From the NCBI GenBank assembly GCA_020636005.1, contig JACJYR010000006.1:191723-255722 (forward strand): DNA of 64,000 bases. Direction: 5' to 3'. The notes under the pieces were generated by a model. The model had not been told where the DNA came from. It made no database searches and was given only the letters and a program-made list of their open reading frames with translations. This DNA comes from Lewinellaceae bacterium (GTDB lineage: Bacteria > Bacteroidota > Bacteroidia > Chitinophagales > Saprospiraceae). How positions within the stretch are numbered: position 1 is the stretch's first letter; every line of letters begins with the position of its first letter. Both the position numbers and the translations under genes were made by a program. Shown here one piece after another: positions 53,074 to 62,511 of the stretch.

Positions 53074-56000
53074 TTAGCGGTTCAATTGCACGTAGCCCCG
53101 GAGGGGTTTTTCACCTTCTCCCAGATCGAGAATGTAATAATAGGTGCCATCGGGCAGGTCCTTGCCATCCCAGGTTCCGTCCCAGTTGCTCTGGTAGTTG
53201 GTGGCCTCGAAGACGAGATTTCCCCAGCGGTTGTAGATGATAAGCTTGTGGTTCGGGTAGTTTTGCAGGCCAGTGATTTTGAAAAAGTCGTTTTTGCCGT
53301 CCTCATTGGGAGAGAGGGCGTTGAAAATCTCCAGGCCCGAACATTCCACCAGCACAAATACCGTCGCAGTGTCGCAATTTACTTCGTTGCAAATGGCGTA
53401 GGTAAAACTGTCCGGCACGGATTCGTCGCAGTACCCCGGCTCGGGCACGTAATTGATGCTGCCGTTGGGCAGGAAAACAGCCATGCCGTGGGCAGGCGGC
53501 ACGACAATGTAAAAGTCGTCCAGCGAAATGATAGTATCATTTTGAAAAACGTCAATGGCGACCACTTGCCCTTCTCCTGCGACCACCGTATCATTGACCG
53601 CAACGACCATAGAATCACTGGCCAACAAGACGGTAATGTATAGAAAAGTCGTATCGCAAACGCCCAAATCGTCGCATACCACCATGCAGGCCGTGTCCAG
53701 TCCCGCATCGATGCCCGTGTAAACGATGCAACTGTCCAGAATCTGAAAATCAACGATGGAACCTGTGCCTGCGCAATTGTTCACCACCGTTTGCCAGTCA
53801 CCGGGCAATTCGGATAAATCCAGGCAGAAGGTTTCCGATTGGCCCGCAAGGATGGTATCCACAAAAATGTCGGTAGAGACGCAGGTGATCTCAACAACCA
53901 CTGTTTCAGCACATTGCAACACCGTATCGGACAGCGTCAGGAGGTGGTTGCCCAATTCGAGCAGGATGGCAAGGCCCGTCGGCACTACTGTTGTCCCCGC
54001 AGTGAGGGTGGTGAGGTTGCCGGTGTTGTTTTGGGTAATCTTCATATCACCATAAGAGCTGCCGGTGTTGCCACCAACAATCAGGGTGTTGCCGCCCTGC
54101 ACCAGGATTTGCCAATTGCCAAGCGGATCCCACACGTTCATCGAATCCACCAATTCCTGATCGGAGTCAAAAGTGCCCGTGAACGAAATCCCTCCTACCA
54201 GCCATTCTGTCACGGTGTAAGGCCCAAACAAGCCATCGTTCGGCAGGTCGCTGTACACATAGTTGAAAATGCTGTCGGTACCGCATGGCACCAATGGGGC
54301 CGTGTACAGGGCATTGTCAACCAAAAAGACCTTGTTTTGCAAATCCGCCAGGGCCAAGGGCAAGCACAGCAAACCCGAATCCTGCGAACAGGGAACCGCA
54401 GCTGTGAGCATGCCATCGGGCAGCAGATCGGGGCAAGGTTGGGACACGTCCACATTCACAAAGAAATATGAACAGGAGTCCAGGGCATACACCTTGAAGC
54501 ATCCAGTGTCCAACCCTACCGCGTCCCCAAAGACAGTGATGCACCAGGTTGTCTCGTCTATTTCAAAGGAGGCATTTCCGTTTGGCAAACAAGAAAAGGC
54601 CACGCTATCAATCAAACTGGGGTCAAACCCGTAATCGCCAAGGCAAAGCACCGAGGAGTCGCCTACTGGCAGCGCCACATTGACGGTGGTGTCCATCCAC
54701 GGATAGCACAATACCGTCACGCCAAAGGTATCCGCACAGCCCTTCACCGTATCGGTGAAAATAAGTTCGTGGAAACCCGTATCGAGTTGCACAGAAATAA
54801 AGGTACCGCCGGAACCGCAAGTACCGATTGGCCCTACATTAAAGCTGCCATTGTCGGAAAGGGTAAAATTGGGAAAGTTGGACACTGCAATACCCACGCA
54901 AAAAGCGGTGAGGCTATCACAATCCACTGCCATATTGGTCAAAGGTGACAAGGCCGATATGCCACAACCTACCGTATCCAGGGTACAGGTGATGTTGGCT
55001 AGCAGGGTATCCAAACAACCCGTGGCACTTTGGTACACGACGATTTCGTGGAAACCAGTGTCCAGGCTGATTTGGGTAAACATTCCGTTGCAGGCCACAA
55101 ACCCTCCCGCATAAAGGCTGCCGTTGTCCAGCACGGAATAGTTGGCAATGGAATCCAGCAGTACAGGCACGCAGTAAGCAGCATCGTCGGCGCAATTGTT
55201 GACCGCAATCTCCTGGATGCCGTCCGGGAAAAGGTTAAAGGTGCTGCAAAGCGGCACGACAGTGATGAGTACATACGTCGTGTCGCAATTGCCCTGATCA
55301 TCGCAGGCCACCAGACAGCCTTCGTCGTTGCCCGTAAAACCAGGATTGGGGAGATAGGTAAAACAATTCCCGATAAGGTCGAAAACGCCGTTCTGGGGTT
55401 GGCCACAGATGGCCGTCGCCATATAATTGCCCGGCAGGCCCGTCGTGTCGAGGCATACCGTATCCGTTGGAATGCCTTCCAGCGTGGTGAGCACGATGAC
55501 ATCAGCCTCGTTGATCCCGTTGATGGTCAGGGTGTCCGTACAGCCATTCCCGATATTTTCCAGTACGATAATATGTTCGCCATCCCCGATGAAGAATAGT
55601 TTGGTCCCGGCAGGCACCTCGTTGGAAGTGACCCCAATGTTCACGGACGAACCCGTCAAGATATGCGTCACGGTGAGCACTCCATAGGTGCCCGTTTGGC
55701 CGGTGCCCATGATGGTGAGGGAAGAGGCGATGAGCATCCAGTTGCCGTTGGGGTCCCAGCCGTTCATCAGATCTACCAGCCCGGCCATGTCAGCCACATT
55801 TGAAGCGGTGAAGGTATTTCCATTGGCATTCCAACTGACTGAATACGGCCCCAGCAGGCCCTGCCCGAACACGTTGTTGTAGTTGTAAATATGGGCCGAG
55901 TCAAAATCACAGCCCATCAGGGTGCCTGCATAGGCTGTACCGTCCAGCAGGATATTGTAGTCGAAAATATCCGTCAAGGCCACTGGCAGGCATACTTCGC

Positions 56001-59000
56001 CCGTATCATTTACCACCACCACGGTTATTTCGTTGGGGTCAAAGATCTCAGGGCATGGATTGTTGGTCGTGTCATTGGAGATGACCAAAATGGTCGTGTC
56101 GCAGATAGGTGGCACATCGCCTGTGCAATGGACGACACAGGCCACCGTCGTGCCGGTGAAATCGTTGTTCAGGTCTATCGTAATGCAATTTCCATTAAAG
56201 GACAGGTTTACCTCGTTCGCATTGATGCCACAGGAAAATGCCGTGTCTATAATGCCAGGCAATTGCAGCACCGTGCCGTCCAGGCATTCATCGAAGGGAT
56301 CAACGCCGGGTGCATCAATGAACACCGTATCAACAGGAATGGCGGTTGTCACCACTACGTAAAAAGTATCGCACACTTGGGGCTGGTAATCGTCGCAAAC
56401 GACAAGGCAAAACTGGTCGGCACCGGTAAAGTTCAGGTTCGGGGTGTAGGAAACGCAGGTATCACCAACCACGCCGACCGAGCCGTTGCCAGGAAGCCCG
56501 CAAAAGTTCATGGATTGAAAAATGCCGAGCAGTTCAGCGGTATTGGCACAAACCGGGTTGACGCTTGTGTTCAGCGGGGTTTCAAAAAACAAGGTTTCGG
56601 GGGTGACAAAATGCTGCTCCAATATGACGACCGTTGTATCAGAACAGCCATTTGGTGCGGTCACTACCAAGTCGTGGCTGCCATAGCCCGCTATCGTCAT
56701 TTCAGCGCCAAATGGCAGGATCAGGTCATCGGGGGAGAGTATGACCGTACTGCCGCCAACAGGTGTGATTTCAAGGTTTCCATAGACACTGGCCGGCAGG
56801 CCGCCCTCGATGGCCTGCGAAGTAGCCACATCTTTCCAATGGCCATTGGGATCCCACACATTCATCGAATCCACCAGCGATGAAATATCGGATACCGGGC
56901 CGGAAAAGACGTTTCCGTTTACCGTCCAGCTTTGGAGCAAATAAGGGCCGGCCGGCAAACTGCCATACAGGTAAAAACTGACCGGCGTGAAATCGCAAGG
57001 GATAAAGGATTGGGCATAAGGAACGCCATCCAACAGTACCTGGTAGCCAACAATATCACCAGGCGGCACACCTACGCAAAAGAATCCAACCGATTGTGCC
57101 GAGGCAATGGTCACAGGGTTTTGGGTAAAAATATCGGCACAAACAACAGGTGGTTCTACCGTGACAACTACAATAGTGGTGTCGCAAACGGCCCCGCTGC
57201 AAAAAATAATGCAAGCCTCCGATGTCCCGGAAAAGTTGTTGACAGGACTGATGTTCAGGCAGTTGCCCGTAGTGCCAATGGAGATTTCATTGTTGTTGAT
57301 CCCACAAAAACTACTGGAAGTGATGGCCCCCGGCAATTCGATGATGAAACTGGAAAGGCAGGTATCTACCGAAGCCGTGCCAGCCGGGATGTTGATGTTT
57401 ACCACATCCGTTTCCGGCAACACGTTGACAATAAAAATGGTCGTGTCGCAAAACTGTGGGAAGCCATCGTCGCAAACCGTTATGCAAAAGGTATCCGCCC
57501 CGGCAAAATTGAGGTTTGGCACATAAAAAACACAGGTATCGTTAGCCAATGGTGCCACCCCGTTGGAGGGTGTTTGGCAATAGCCGACATTGACAATTGT
57601 ATTCCCGGGCAGTTCATCCCCATTCAGGCAAAATTCACCCGTTGGTGTGTTGACGCCCGTTGTCAGGAAAACAGTTTCCGTGACCGTCGGCACTGCTACC
57701 GCATTGATGTACAAGGTATCCGAACAACCGTCCGCCGGATTGGTCACGGTTAAAACATGAATGCCCAGATGCGTCAGGCCCACCGTGAAGCCCATCGGCT
57801 GAAAGGTGAAGTTGGGGCTTAGGAAAGTCGGGTTTCCGTTCTGGATGTTGACTTTCATGTCGCCATAGGTAGAGACGGGATTGCCGCCAAAAATCAAGGT
57901 CCCTACGGGGTTGATTTGCCAGTTGCCGGTTGGATCTAAACTGTTCATCAGATCGAGCAGTTCATTGGGGTTTTGGAAAAATCCGGTCAAATCGTTGCCG
58001 TTAACTTTCCAATATTCCAATTGGTACGGCCCGCCGAAGCCCCCACCGGGCAAGAAAGAATAGGAATAGGCAACCGTTGGGACAAACTCGCAGCCGAAAG
58101 GATCCACCACCGTTTGGCCTTCAAAAACCAGGTCATCGCCAAACAGGGTGAAATATGGAACGGGAACGCAATAGTTCGTCGGGTTGCCCGCATAGTTCAC
58201 GGAGACCGAATCGAAGGGGAACACGTCGTCGCAAATCACCTGCATCACATTGATGCTCAGGTAGGTCGTGTCGCACAGGGTGGTGGTGTTATCGAAACAA
58301 TGGACCAGGCAGATCAAATCGGGCGACTGGCCTTCAAACCCATTGGCCGGCGTCAAATCCACACAGGTGCCGTTGAGGTTGGTGGCCAAGACAGTCGCCG
58401 CACTGCCAGGGTTGCAAATGGTGGCACTGGTCAGGCTGCCCTGAATGTCCAGTAGATTGGCATTGAAGCAGAAGTTGGCCGTACCGGTCAGCGGGATGAC
58501 AACCTGCACCGTATCCGGGCATCCCGGCGTTGCCGTCAGGGTGGCACTTGCGGTAACCACACAACCGTTGGCCGGATTCATCACCTTGAGCGAATAGGTG
58601 CCGGCAGGCAGGTTGAAAAAACTCGGATTGGACTGAAAAAACAAGCCGCCATTGTTGCTGTACAACAGGTTCCCGGTGCCGGTGGCATTGATGGTAACCT
58701 GGCCGTTGTTTTGGCCACAGTTGCCTGCATTGATGATGGAAATGCTATTAATGACAGGCGGGTTGTCGGGGCTGGCCAGTTGCAAAGGATTCGAGGAATA
58801 GGGCACCTCGCACGACCCATCCGCATATCGGACGGCAATCTGGTAAGCACCATTGGCCAGTCCCGTAAAATTGGGGCTGGAAGCCCAGGTGGAGCCGCCG
58901 TTAATGGTATATTCCAAACTACCCGCCCCAGTGGCCGCTATCAAAATGGAGCCGTTGCTGATGCCACATTCTGCCGGATTGGTAAAACTGACTCCTGTAA

Positions 59001-60363
59001 TAATTGGCTCCGCCGGGCCTGCCAGGGCCAGTGGCCCGCCATCTGTTTCACAGGTCCCATCAATGTTCCTGACCGCAATTGCATAGCTGCCCGAAGGCAG
59101 GTTGGAAAAAGAATTGGAAGCCTGCCAGGTAGCGCCCCCGTCGATGCTGAACTCAATCGTGCTTGGCCCATAGGCCAGGATGGTAATGGTGCCGTTGCTG
59201 GCCCCGCAACTCAAAGGCTCCACCTTTGAAGTGCCGTAGATGACCGGATGGTTGAAGCTTTTTAATTCAACAAAACCGCCATTTGCAATGCAGGAATCAT
59301 TGGCCACCTTTGCAAAAACCTGGTAAACACCTTCGCTCAGGTTGTAAAATTCATTTTGGGGGAAATAATTCACCCCTCCGTCTATGCTGTATTCCAGATC
59401 TACGTTGCCAGCAATCACAGAAATCGTAATGGATCCGTTTTGCAGGTTGCAGTTGGTAGGATGGCCAAGGAATATGTTAGAAATCACTGGATCATCGCCG
59501 GGGCTGTCCAATACCACCAGGGTGTCGCCATTGGCGCAGGAACCATCAGCGTTCCTGACAAAGAGATGATAAAGCCCGGCGCCCAATTGCTGGAAATTGA
59601 TGCCTGTTTGCCATTGAATGCCGCCGTCTATACTGTATTGCAACGGGATGAGGCCGCCTGATGCCGTAACGGCAATCCCGCCATCGAATTGATCGCAACC
59701 CGATGGATCCAGTTTAAGGTATCCTGTGATGGCAGGTTGAAGCGGCTGGTCAATTTCCACCGTACCGCCCTGTACCGGGCAGGCGCCTCCCGCATTCCGC
59801 ACAACGATTGAATAGGTGCCAACCGCAAGGGCATTGAATGTACCGCTGTTCTGCCAGGAATTGCCACCTGAAATACTGTATTCCAGCGGGCCGCCCCCCG
59901 TTGCCTCAATGATGATAGAACCATTAGGAAGGCTGCAATCCGAAGCGTTGTTAGATTCGACGGAAAGGATTGCCGGCGGGGAAAAAACAGCCACCGTAAC
60001 CGAATCCACGGTGCCGTCATTGCCGGTAACGAAATAGGTGGTTGTGGATGATGGGCTGGCCAGCGGGTTGGGGCAGGTGGTGCAGCTCAAACCGGCGGCT
60101 GGGGCCCATTGATAGGTATTGGCACCAGTGGCGTTTAATTGTGCTGCATCCCCCAGGCAGATATTTTGGTTGTCGCCGGCGTCAACAGCAAATAAGCTAT
60201 TCCAAATGCAGGAAGGGTAATCTGGCAAAGCCATTCCACGGTTGGCCAGGGATTGTTCAGGGGAAAACAAGGCCGCTAAACTCAGCAGGGCTGTCTGAAA
60301 AATAAAAGGGCGAAAGATCGTTTTCCAGGCCCATGATTTTGTTTGCTCGTAGTGCTCGTTCAT
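53074..60363 (-). CDS. Giant (2429 aa) SprB-repeat-containing cell-surface adhesin-like protein with a T9SS type B C-terminal sorting domain
   Basis: It has six N-terminal SprB-type repeats (C.L.NGSI.I.A.G...LEYSI.GG..W......F..L..G.Y...V.N..G.C). Four copies of a W..NGN.F.G......LVD.MN.WDP.G.W module follow. The C-terminus reads LSPNEDGKNDFFKITG...YNRWGNLVFE...WDGTWDG.... Confidence 0.88.
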   Translation of the reverse strand: MNEHYEQTKSWAWKTIFRPFIFQTALLSLAALFSPEQSLANRGMALPDYPSCIWNSLFAVDAGDNQNICLGDAAQLNATGANTYQWAPAAGLSCTTCPNPLASPSSTTTYFVTGNDGTVDSVTVAVFSPPAILSVESNNASDCSLPNGSIIIEATGGGPLEYSISGGNSWQNSGTFNALAVGTYSIVVRNAGGACPVQGGTVEIDQPLQPAITGYLKLDPSGCDQFDGGIAVTASGGLIPLQYSIDGGIQWQTGINFQQLGAGLYHLFVRNADGSCANGDTLVVLDSPGDDPVISNIFLGHPTNCNLQNGSITISVIAGNVDLEYSIDGGVNYFPQNEFYNLSEGVYQVFAKVANDSCIANGGFVELKSFNHPVIYGTSKVEPLSCGASNGTITILAYGPSTIEFSIDGGATWQASNSFSNLPSGSYAIAVRNIDGTCETDGGPLALAGPAEPIITGVSFTNPAECGISNGSILIAATGAGSLEYTINGGSTWASSPNFTGLANGAYQIAVRYADGSCEVPYSSNPLQLASPDNPPVINSISIINAGNCGQNNGQVTINATGTGNLLYSNNGGLFFQSNPSFFNLPAGTYSLKVMNPANGCVVTASATLTATPGCPDTVQVVIPLTGTANFCFNANLLDIQGSLTSATICNPGSAATVLATNLNGTCVDLTPANGFEGQSPDLICLVHCFDNTTTLCDTTYLSINVMQVICDDVFPFDSVSVNYAGNPTNYCVPVPYFTLFGDDLVFEGQTVVDPFGCEFVPTVAYSYSFLPGGGFGGPYQLEYWKVNGNDLTGFFQNPNELLDLMNSLDPTGNWQINPVGTLIFGGNPVSTYGDMKVNIQNGNPTFLSPNFTFQPMGFTVGLTHLGIHVLTVTNPADGCSDTLYINAVAVPTVTETVFLTTGVNTPTGEFCLNGDELPGNTIVNVGYCQTPSNGVAPLANDTCVFYVPNLNFAGADTFCITVCDDGFPQFCDTTIFIVNVLPETDVVNINIPAGTASVDTCLSSFIIELPGAITSSSFCGINNNEISIGTTGNCLNISPVNNFSGTSEACIIFCSGAVCDTTIVVVTVEPPVVCADIFTQNPVTIASAQSVGFFCVGVPPGDIVGYQVLLDGVPYAQSFIPCDFTPVSFYLYGSLPAGPYLLQSWTVNGNVFSGPVSDISSLVDSMNVWDPNGHWKDVATSQAIEGGLPASVYGNLEITPVGGSTVILSPDDLILPFGAEMTIAGYGSHDLVVTAPNGCSDTTVVILEQHFVTPETLFFETPLNTSVNPVCANTAELLGIFQSMNFCGLPGNGSVGVVGDTCVSYTPNLNFTGADQFCLVVCDDYQPQVCDTFYVVVTTAIPVDTVFIDAPGVDPFDECLDGTVLQLPGIIDTAFSCGINANEVNLSFNGNCITIDLNNDFTGTTVACVVHCTGDVPPICDTTILVISNDTTNNPCPEIFDPNEITVVVVNDTGEVCLPVALTDIFDYNILLDGTAYAGTLMGCDFDSAHIYNYNNVFGQGLLGPYSVSWNANGNTFTASNVADMAGLVDLMNGWDPNGNWMLIASSLTIMGTGQTGTYGVLTVTHILTGSSVNIGVTSNEVPAGTKLFFIGDGEHIIVLENIGNGCTDTLTINGINEADVIVLTTLEGIPTDTVCLDTTGLPGNYMATAICGQPQNGVFDLIGNCFTYLPNPGFTGNDEGCLVACDDQGNCDTTYVLITVVPLCSTFNLFPDGIQEIAVNNCADDAAYCVPVLLDSIANYSVLDNGSLYAGGFVACNGMFTQISLDTGFHEIVVYQSATGCLDTLLANITCTLDTVGCGISALSPLTNMAVDCDSLTAFCVGIAVSNFPNFTLSDNGSFNVGPIGTCGSGGTFISVQLDTGFHELIFTDTVKGCADTFGVTVLCYPWMDTTVNVALPVGDSSVLCLGDYGFDPSLIDSVAFSCLPNGNASFEIDETTWCITVFGDAVGLDTGCFKVYALDSCSYFFVNVDVSQPCPDLLPDGMLTAAVPCSQDSGLLCLPLALADLQNKVFLVDNALYTAPLVPCGTDSIFNYVYSDLPNDGLFGPYTVTEWLVGGISFTGTFDSDQELVDSMNVWDPLGNWQILVQGGNTLIVGGNTGSSYGDMKITQNNTGNLTTLTAGTTVVPTGLAILLELGNHLLTLSDTVLQCAETVVVEITCVSTDIFVDTILAGQSETFCLDLSELPGDWQTVVNNCAGTGSIVDFQILDSCIVYTGIDAGLDTACMVVCDDLGVCDTTFLYITVLLASDSMVVAVNDTVVAGEGQVVAIDVFQNDTIISLDDFYIVVPPAHGMAVFLPNGSINYVPEPGYCDESVPDSFTYAICNEVNCDTATVFVLVECSGLEIFNALSPNEDGKNDFFKITGLQNYPNHKLIIYNRWGNLVFEATNYQSNWDGTWDGKDLPDGTYYYILDLGEGEKPLRGYVQLNR

Positions 60364-61064
60364 GAATTCTAGGTAAGGAGGTTTGAGTTTATAGGTTTCT
60401 CACAATATTAAACAAAGCCGTGAGGGGAGAGAAGTAAGATGTGAGGCAGTTCATTTCTGAAATTTGACTGTTTATCCTTTGGCTCACTTTTGCATCCGTT
60501 CATGCTTCAATTGTTCGGGATTAATCGGTAAAGCCTCCCAGGTTTTAGGTAAAAAACTGATAATAAAGGTTTTACAAAATTCACAAATGCGAATTTAGTC
60601 AAATATTTTCTTCACGAGACCAGGTAAAAGAAATTAATTCAGGAATGTCGGTCAGCCTTCATGCCACGTTCCTGGTAGTAGTTTTTCATAGAATACGGTC
60701 GGAAAAAATAGTCGGATCCGTCAGGAACTTTTGTCGGTGTGTTCTATAATGTGGCAACTGGAAAAGGCCAAAGTGGGTGAGCAAGACTAGTTATTAATCG
60801 CTTGGATGTGTGCTGATGACCTTATAAAATTAGCTTAAAAAGCTTCGGAAAATTTTCCAATCATCGAGCATTGTGTCAGATTTCAAAATACCAAAAGAGC
60901 AGTATTTCTAAATAACCGTTTGACAAAGGGGGAACAGGACAGGGCAAAGATAGCCCATTTGGCCTGATTTCAAAATGTAGTTTACAGATTTGTCAGTAAA
61001 GGCATTAACCCTTAATAAGTATTGAACGCAGATGACGGTCACCATCATCAACACTTTAATATAT

Positions 61065-61172
61065 GGGCTAAATTATTCGATACAATTAGTGCTGTTTGAA
61101 ATTGTTGGATAGTCGTTTAAAATTGTTGGGATTCAGCCGTTTACAACAAATGACAACAAAGTCAAACCATCC
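61065..61172 (+). repeat. Dispersed repeat family 2, copy C (intergenic, upstream of the SprB-like gene and downstream of the LytTR regulator gene)
   Basis: The sequence GGGCTAAATTATTCGATACAATTAGTGCTGTTTGAAATTGTTGGATAGTCG...GACAACAAAGTCAAACCATC aligns with copies A and B. Confidence 0.6.
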
Positions 61173-61316
61173 CGATCTACTATTAGAATTTATTTTACTG
61201 CTGGAATTCCTGGAAAAAGATAGTCCGGACCCTAATTTCTCCTCCACTGAAAAATGGAGTGGCACAGTTCAAAGTATCAGTGAATGCCAGCATAGGAATG
61301 GAAAGAGTGGCATTGG

Positions 61317-62051
61317 TCAAAACAAGCGCATCCTGTTAGAAAATGCCTTTTTGAAGTTCCTTCCGATTGGAATTTCTTCCCCTGCCACAATAGCTATGTC
61401 ATTGCCAATGTCCACAGAACTCACCTTGTCCAGATTGACGACGAAGCTCTTGTGGACCCGGACAAACCTGTCTTGTGGGAGCTTGAGCACTGTTTCCCGG
61501 AGAGGCGTGTTCACGAGCGTCTTCTTGCCGTCGGCGGTCTTGATGAGGGAGTACCGCCCGTCCACCTCCACCCAGAGGATATCGGCGAGGTGGATTTTCT
61601 TCAGTTGTGAACCGAATTTGACGTAAAAATCCTCGCCGCTGCCTGCTTTGCCTTCCTGGCTTGCATCGCCATCCAAATGGCCGGTGGCCAGTTCAATCGC
61701 CTGCCGCAGGCTCAGCTCGTTCATCTCCCTCCCGATGAAGGCACGGGGGCCAAGCTCCTTGGCCTGCTCGTACATTTTCGAGGTGTAATTGGAAGTGATG
61801 AAAAGGAAAGGGGTGTTGCTCTCCGATTTGATGTAGCGGGCCACATCGAGGCCGCTGCGCTCCTCGCCCAGTTCGATGTCCAGCAAAGCCACGTCCGGCT
61901 TGTACTCCCGGAACAGTTCAACAGCGCTGCGGTAGCTGTTGGCCGTTCTGATATTGCCCACGCCGATGCGGCGGAGGAAGAACTCCAGGATTTCCAATTG
62001 TGCAGGCTCGTTGTCCAGCACCATGAGTTTGATGGTCGAAAGTGTCTTCAT
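61317..62051 (-). CDS. LytTR-family two-component response regulator
   Basis: The receiver domain reads KLMVLDNEP...PDVALLDIELGEERSGLDVA. The LytTR DNA-binding domain reads IHLADILWVEVDGRYSLIKTADGKK...FVRVHKSFVVNLDKV. I chose the start at MKTLSTIKLMVLDNEP (62051). Confidence 0.88.
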   Translation of the reverse strand: MKTLSTIKLMVLDNEPAQLEILEFFLRRIGVGNIRTANSYRSAVELFREYKPDVALLDIELGEERSGLDVARYIKSESNTPFLFITSNYTSKMYEQAKELGPRAFIGREMNELSLRQAIELATGHLDGDASQEGKAGSGEDFYVKFGSQLKKIHLADILWVEVDGRYSLIKTADGKKTLVNTPLRETVLKLPQDRFVRVHKSFVVNLDKVSSVDIGNDIAIVAGEEIPIGRNFKKAFSNRMRLF

Positions 62052-62247
62052 GCGTTGATTTCTTGCAAAAATAAGGTAGGTTTCAGACATGAAAAATGGG
62101 CGGGTAAGGCTTGTGGCACCGTTTGGCTTGGTTTTGCACTTTATTACAAAAACAGTGCTTTTTATTGCATAAGACAAGCTGAGAATGACACTTGGCCTTA
62201 AATTCTTTTAATTAGGTGCAAAATCAGGCACCTGAAACCTGCTGCGG

Positions 62248-62496
62248 ATGAGGACTACAACCACAATATTACTTTCCTTCCTGTTTTTGCCTGCTATGAC
62301 TCAGGCACTTGTAAAATCCGACAGCCTGCTCCGGGTAGGTAAAAAACTTGGTAAGCGCTTCGTAAAAGGCGACATGGGCGGCTCAGGCATCGGGCTGGCG
62401 GTGTGCCGCCGCATTGTTGAGGGGTACGGCGGAAGGATTTGGGTGGAGTCCGAAGTTGGGGAAGGCAGCCGTTTCTATTTCATTGTCCCCATTTAA
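62248..62496 (+). pseudogene. Internally deleted histidine-kinase remnant (N-terminal signal-like segment fused to the last ~50 aa of an HATPase domain)
   Basis: The 82-aa ORF begins [23 protein letters not shown], which resembles the N-terminus of the next gene (LLFLLGSLNGQSQVDSLRQ). The rest, [38 protein letters not shown], is the G2 box and C-terminus of an HK ATPase domain. There is no HisKA domain. Confidence 0.55.
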
Positions 62497-62511
62497 AATT
62501 CACATTTCAAA

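Noticed and set aside
55891-56883. A 330-aa plus-strand ORF and many 60-270-aa ORFs antisense to the 2429-aa gene (53074..60363).
   Set aside because: They have no recognisable motifs and lie wholly inside a long, well-supported minus-strand CDS. The same reasoning applies to the antisense ORFs inside 19560..26780, 42240..45113 and 48675..52385.
19560-60363. A diversity-generating retroelement or other targeted hypervariation acting on the repeat-rich adhesins.
   Set aside because: There is no reverse-transcriptase ORF and no template/variable repeat pair with adenine-specific differences. The repeat differences seen are synonymous or ordinary divergence.
61096-61626. A 176-aa plus-strand ORF.
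   Set aside because: It starts inside family-2 repeat copy C and runs antisense into the well-supported LytTR regulator gene. It has no motifs.
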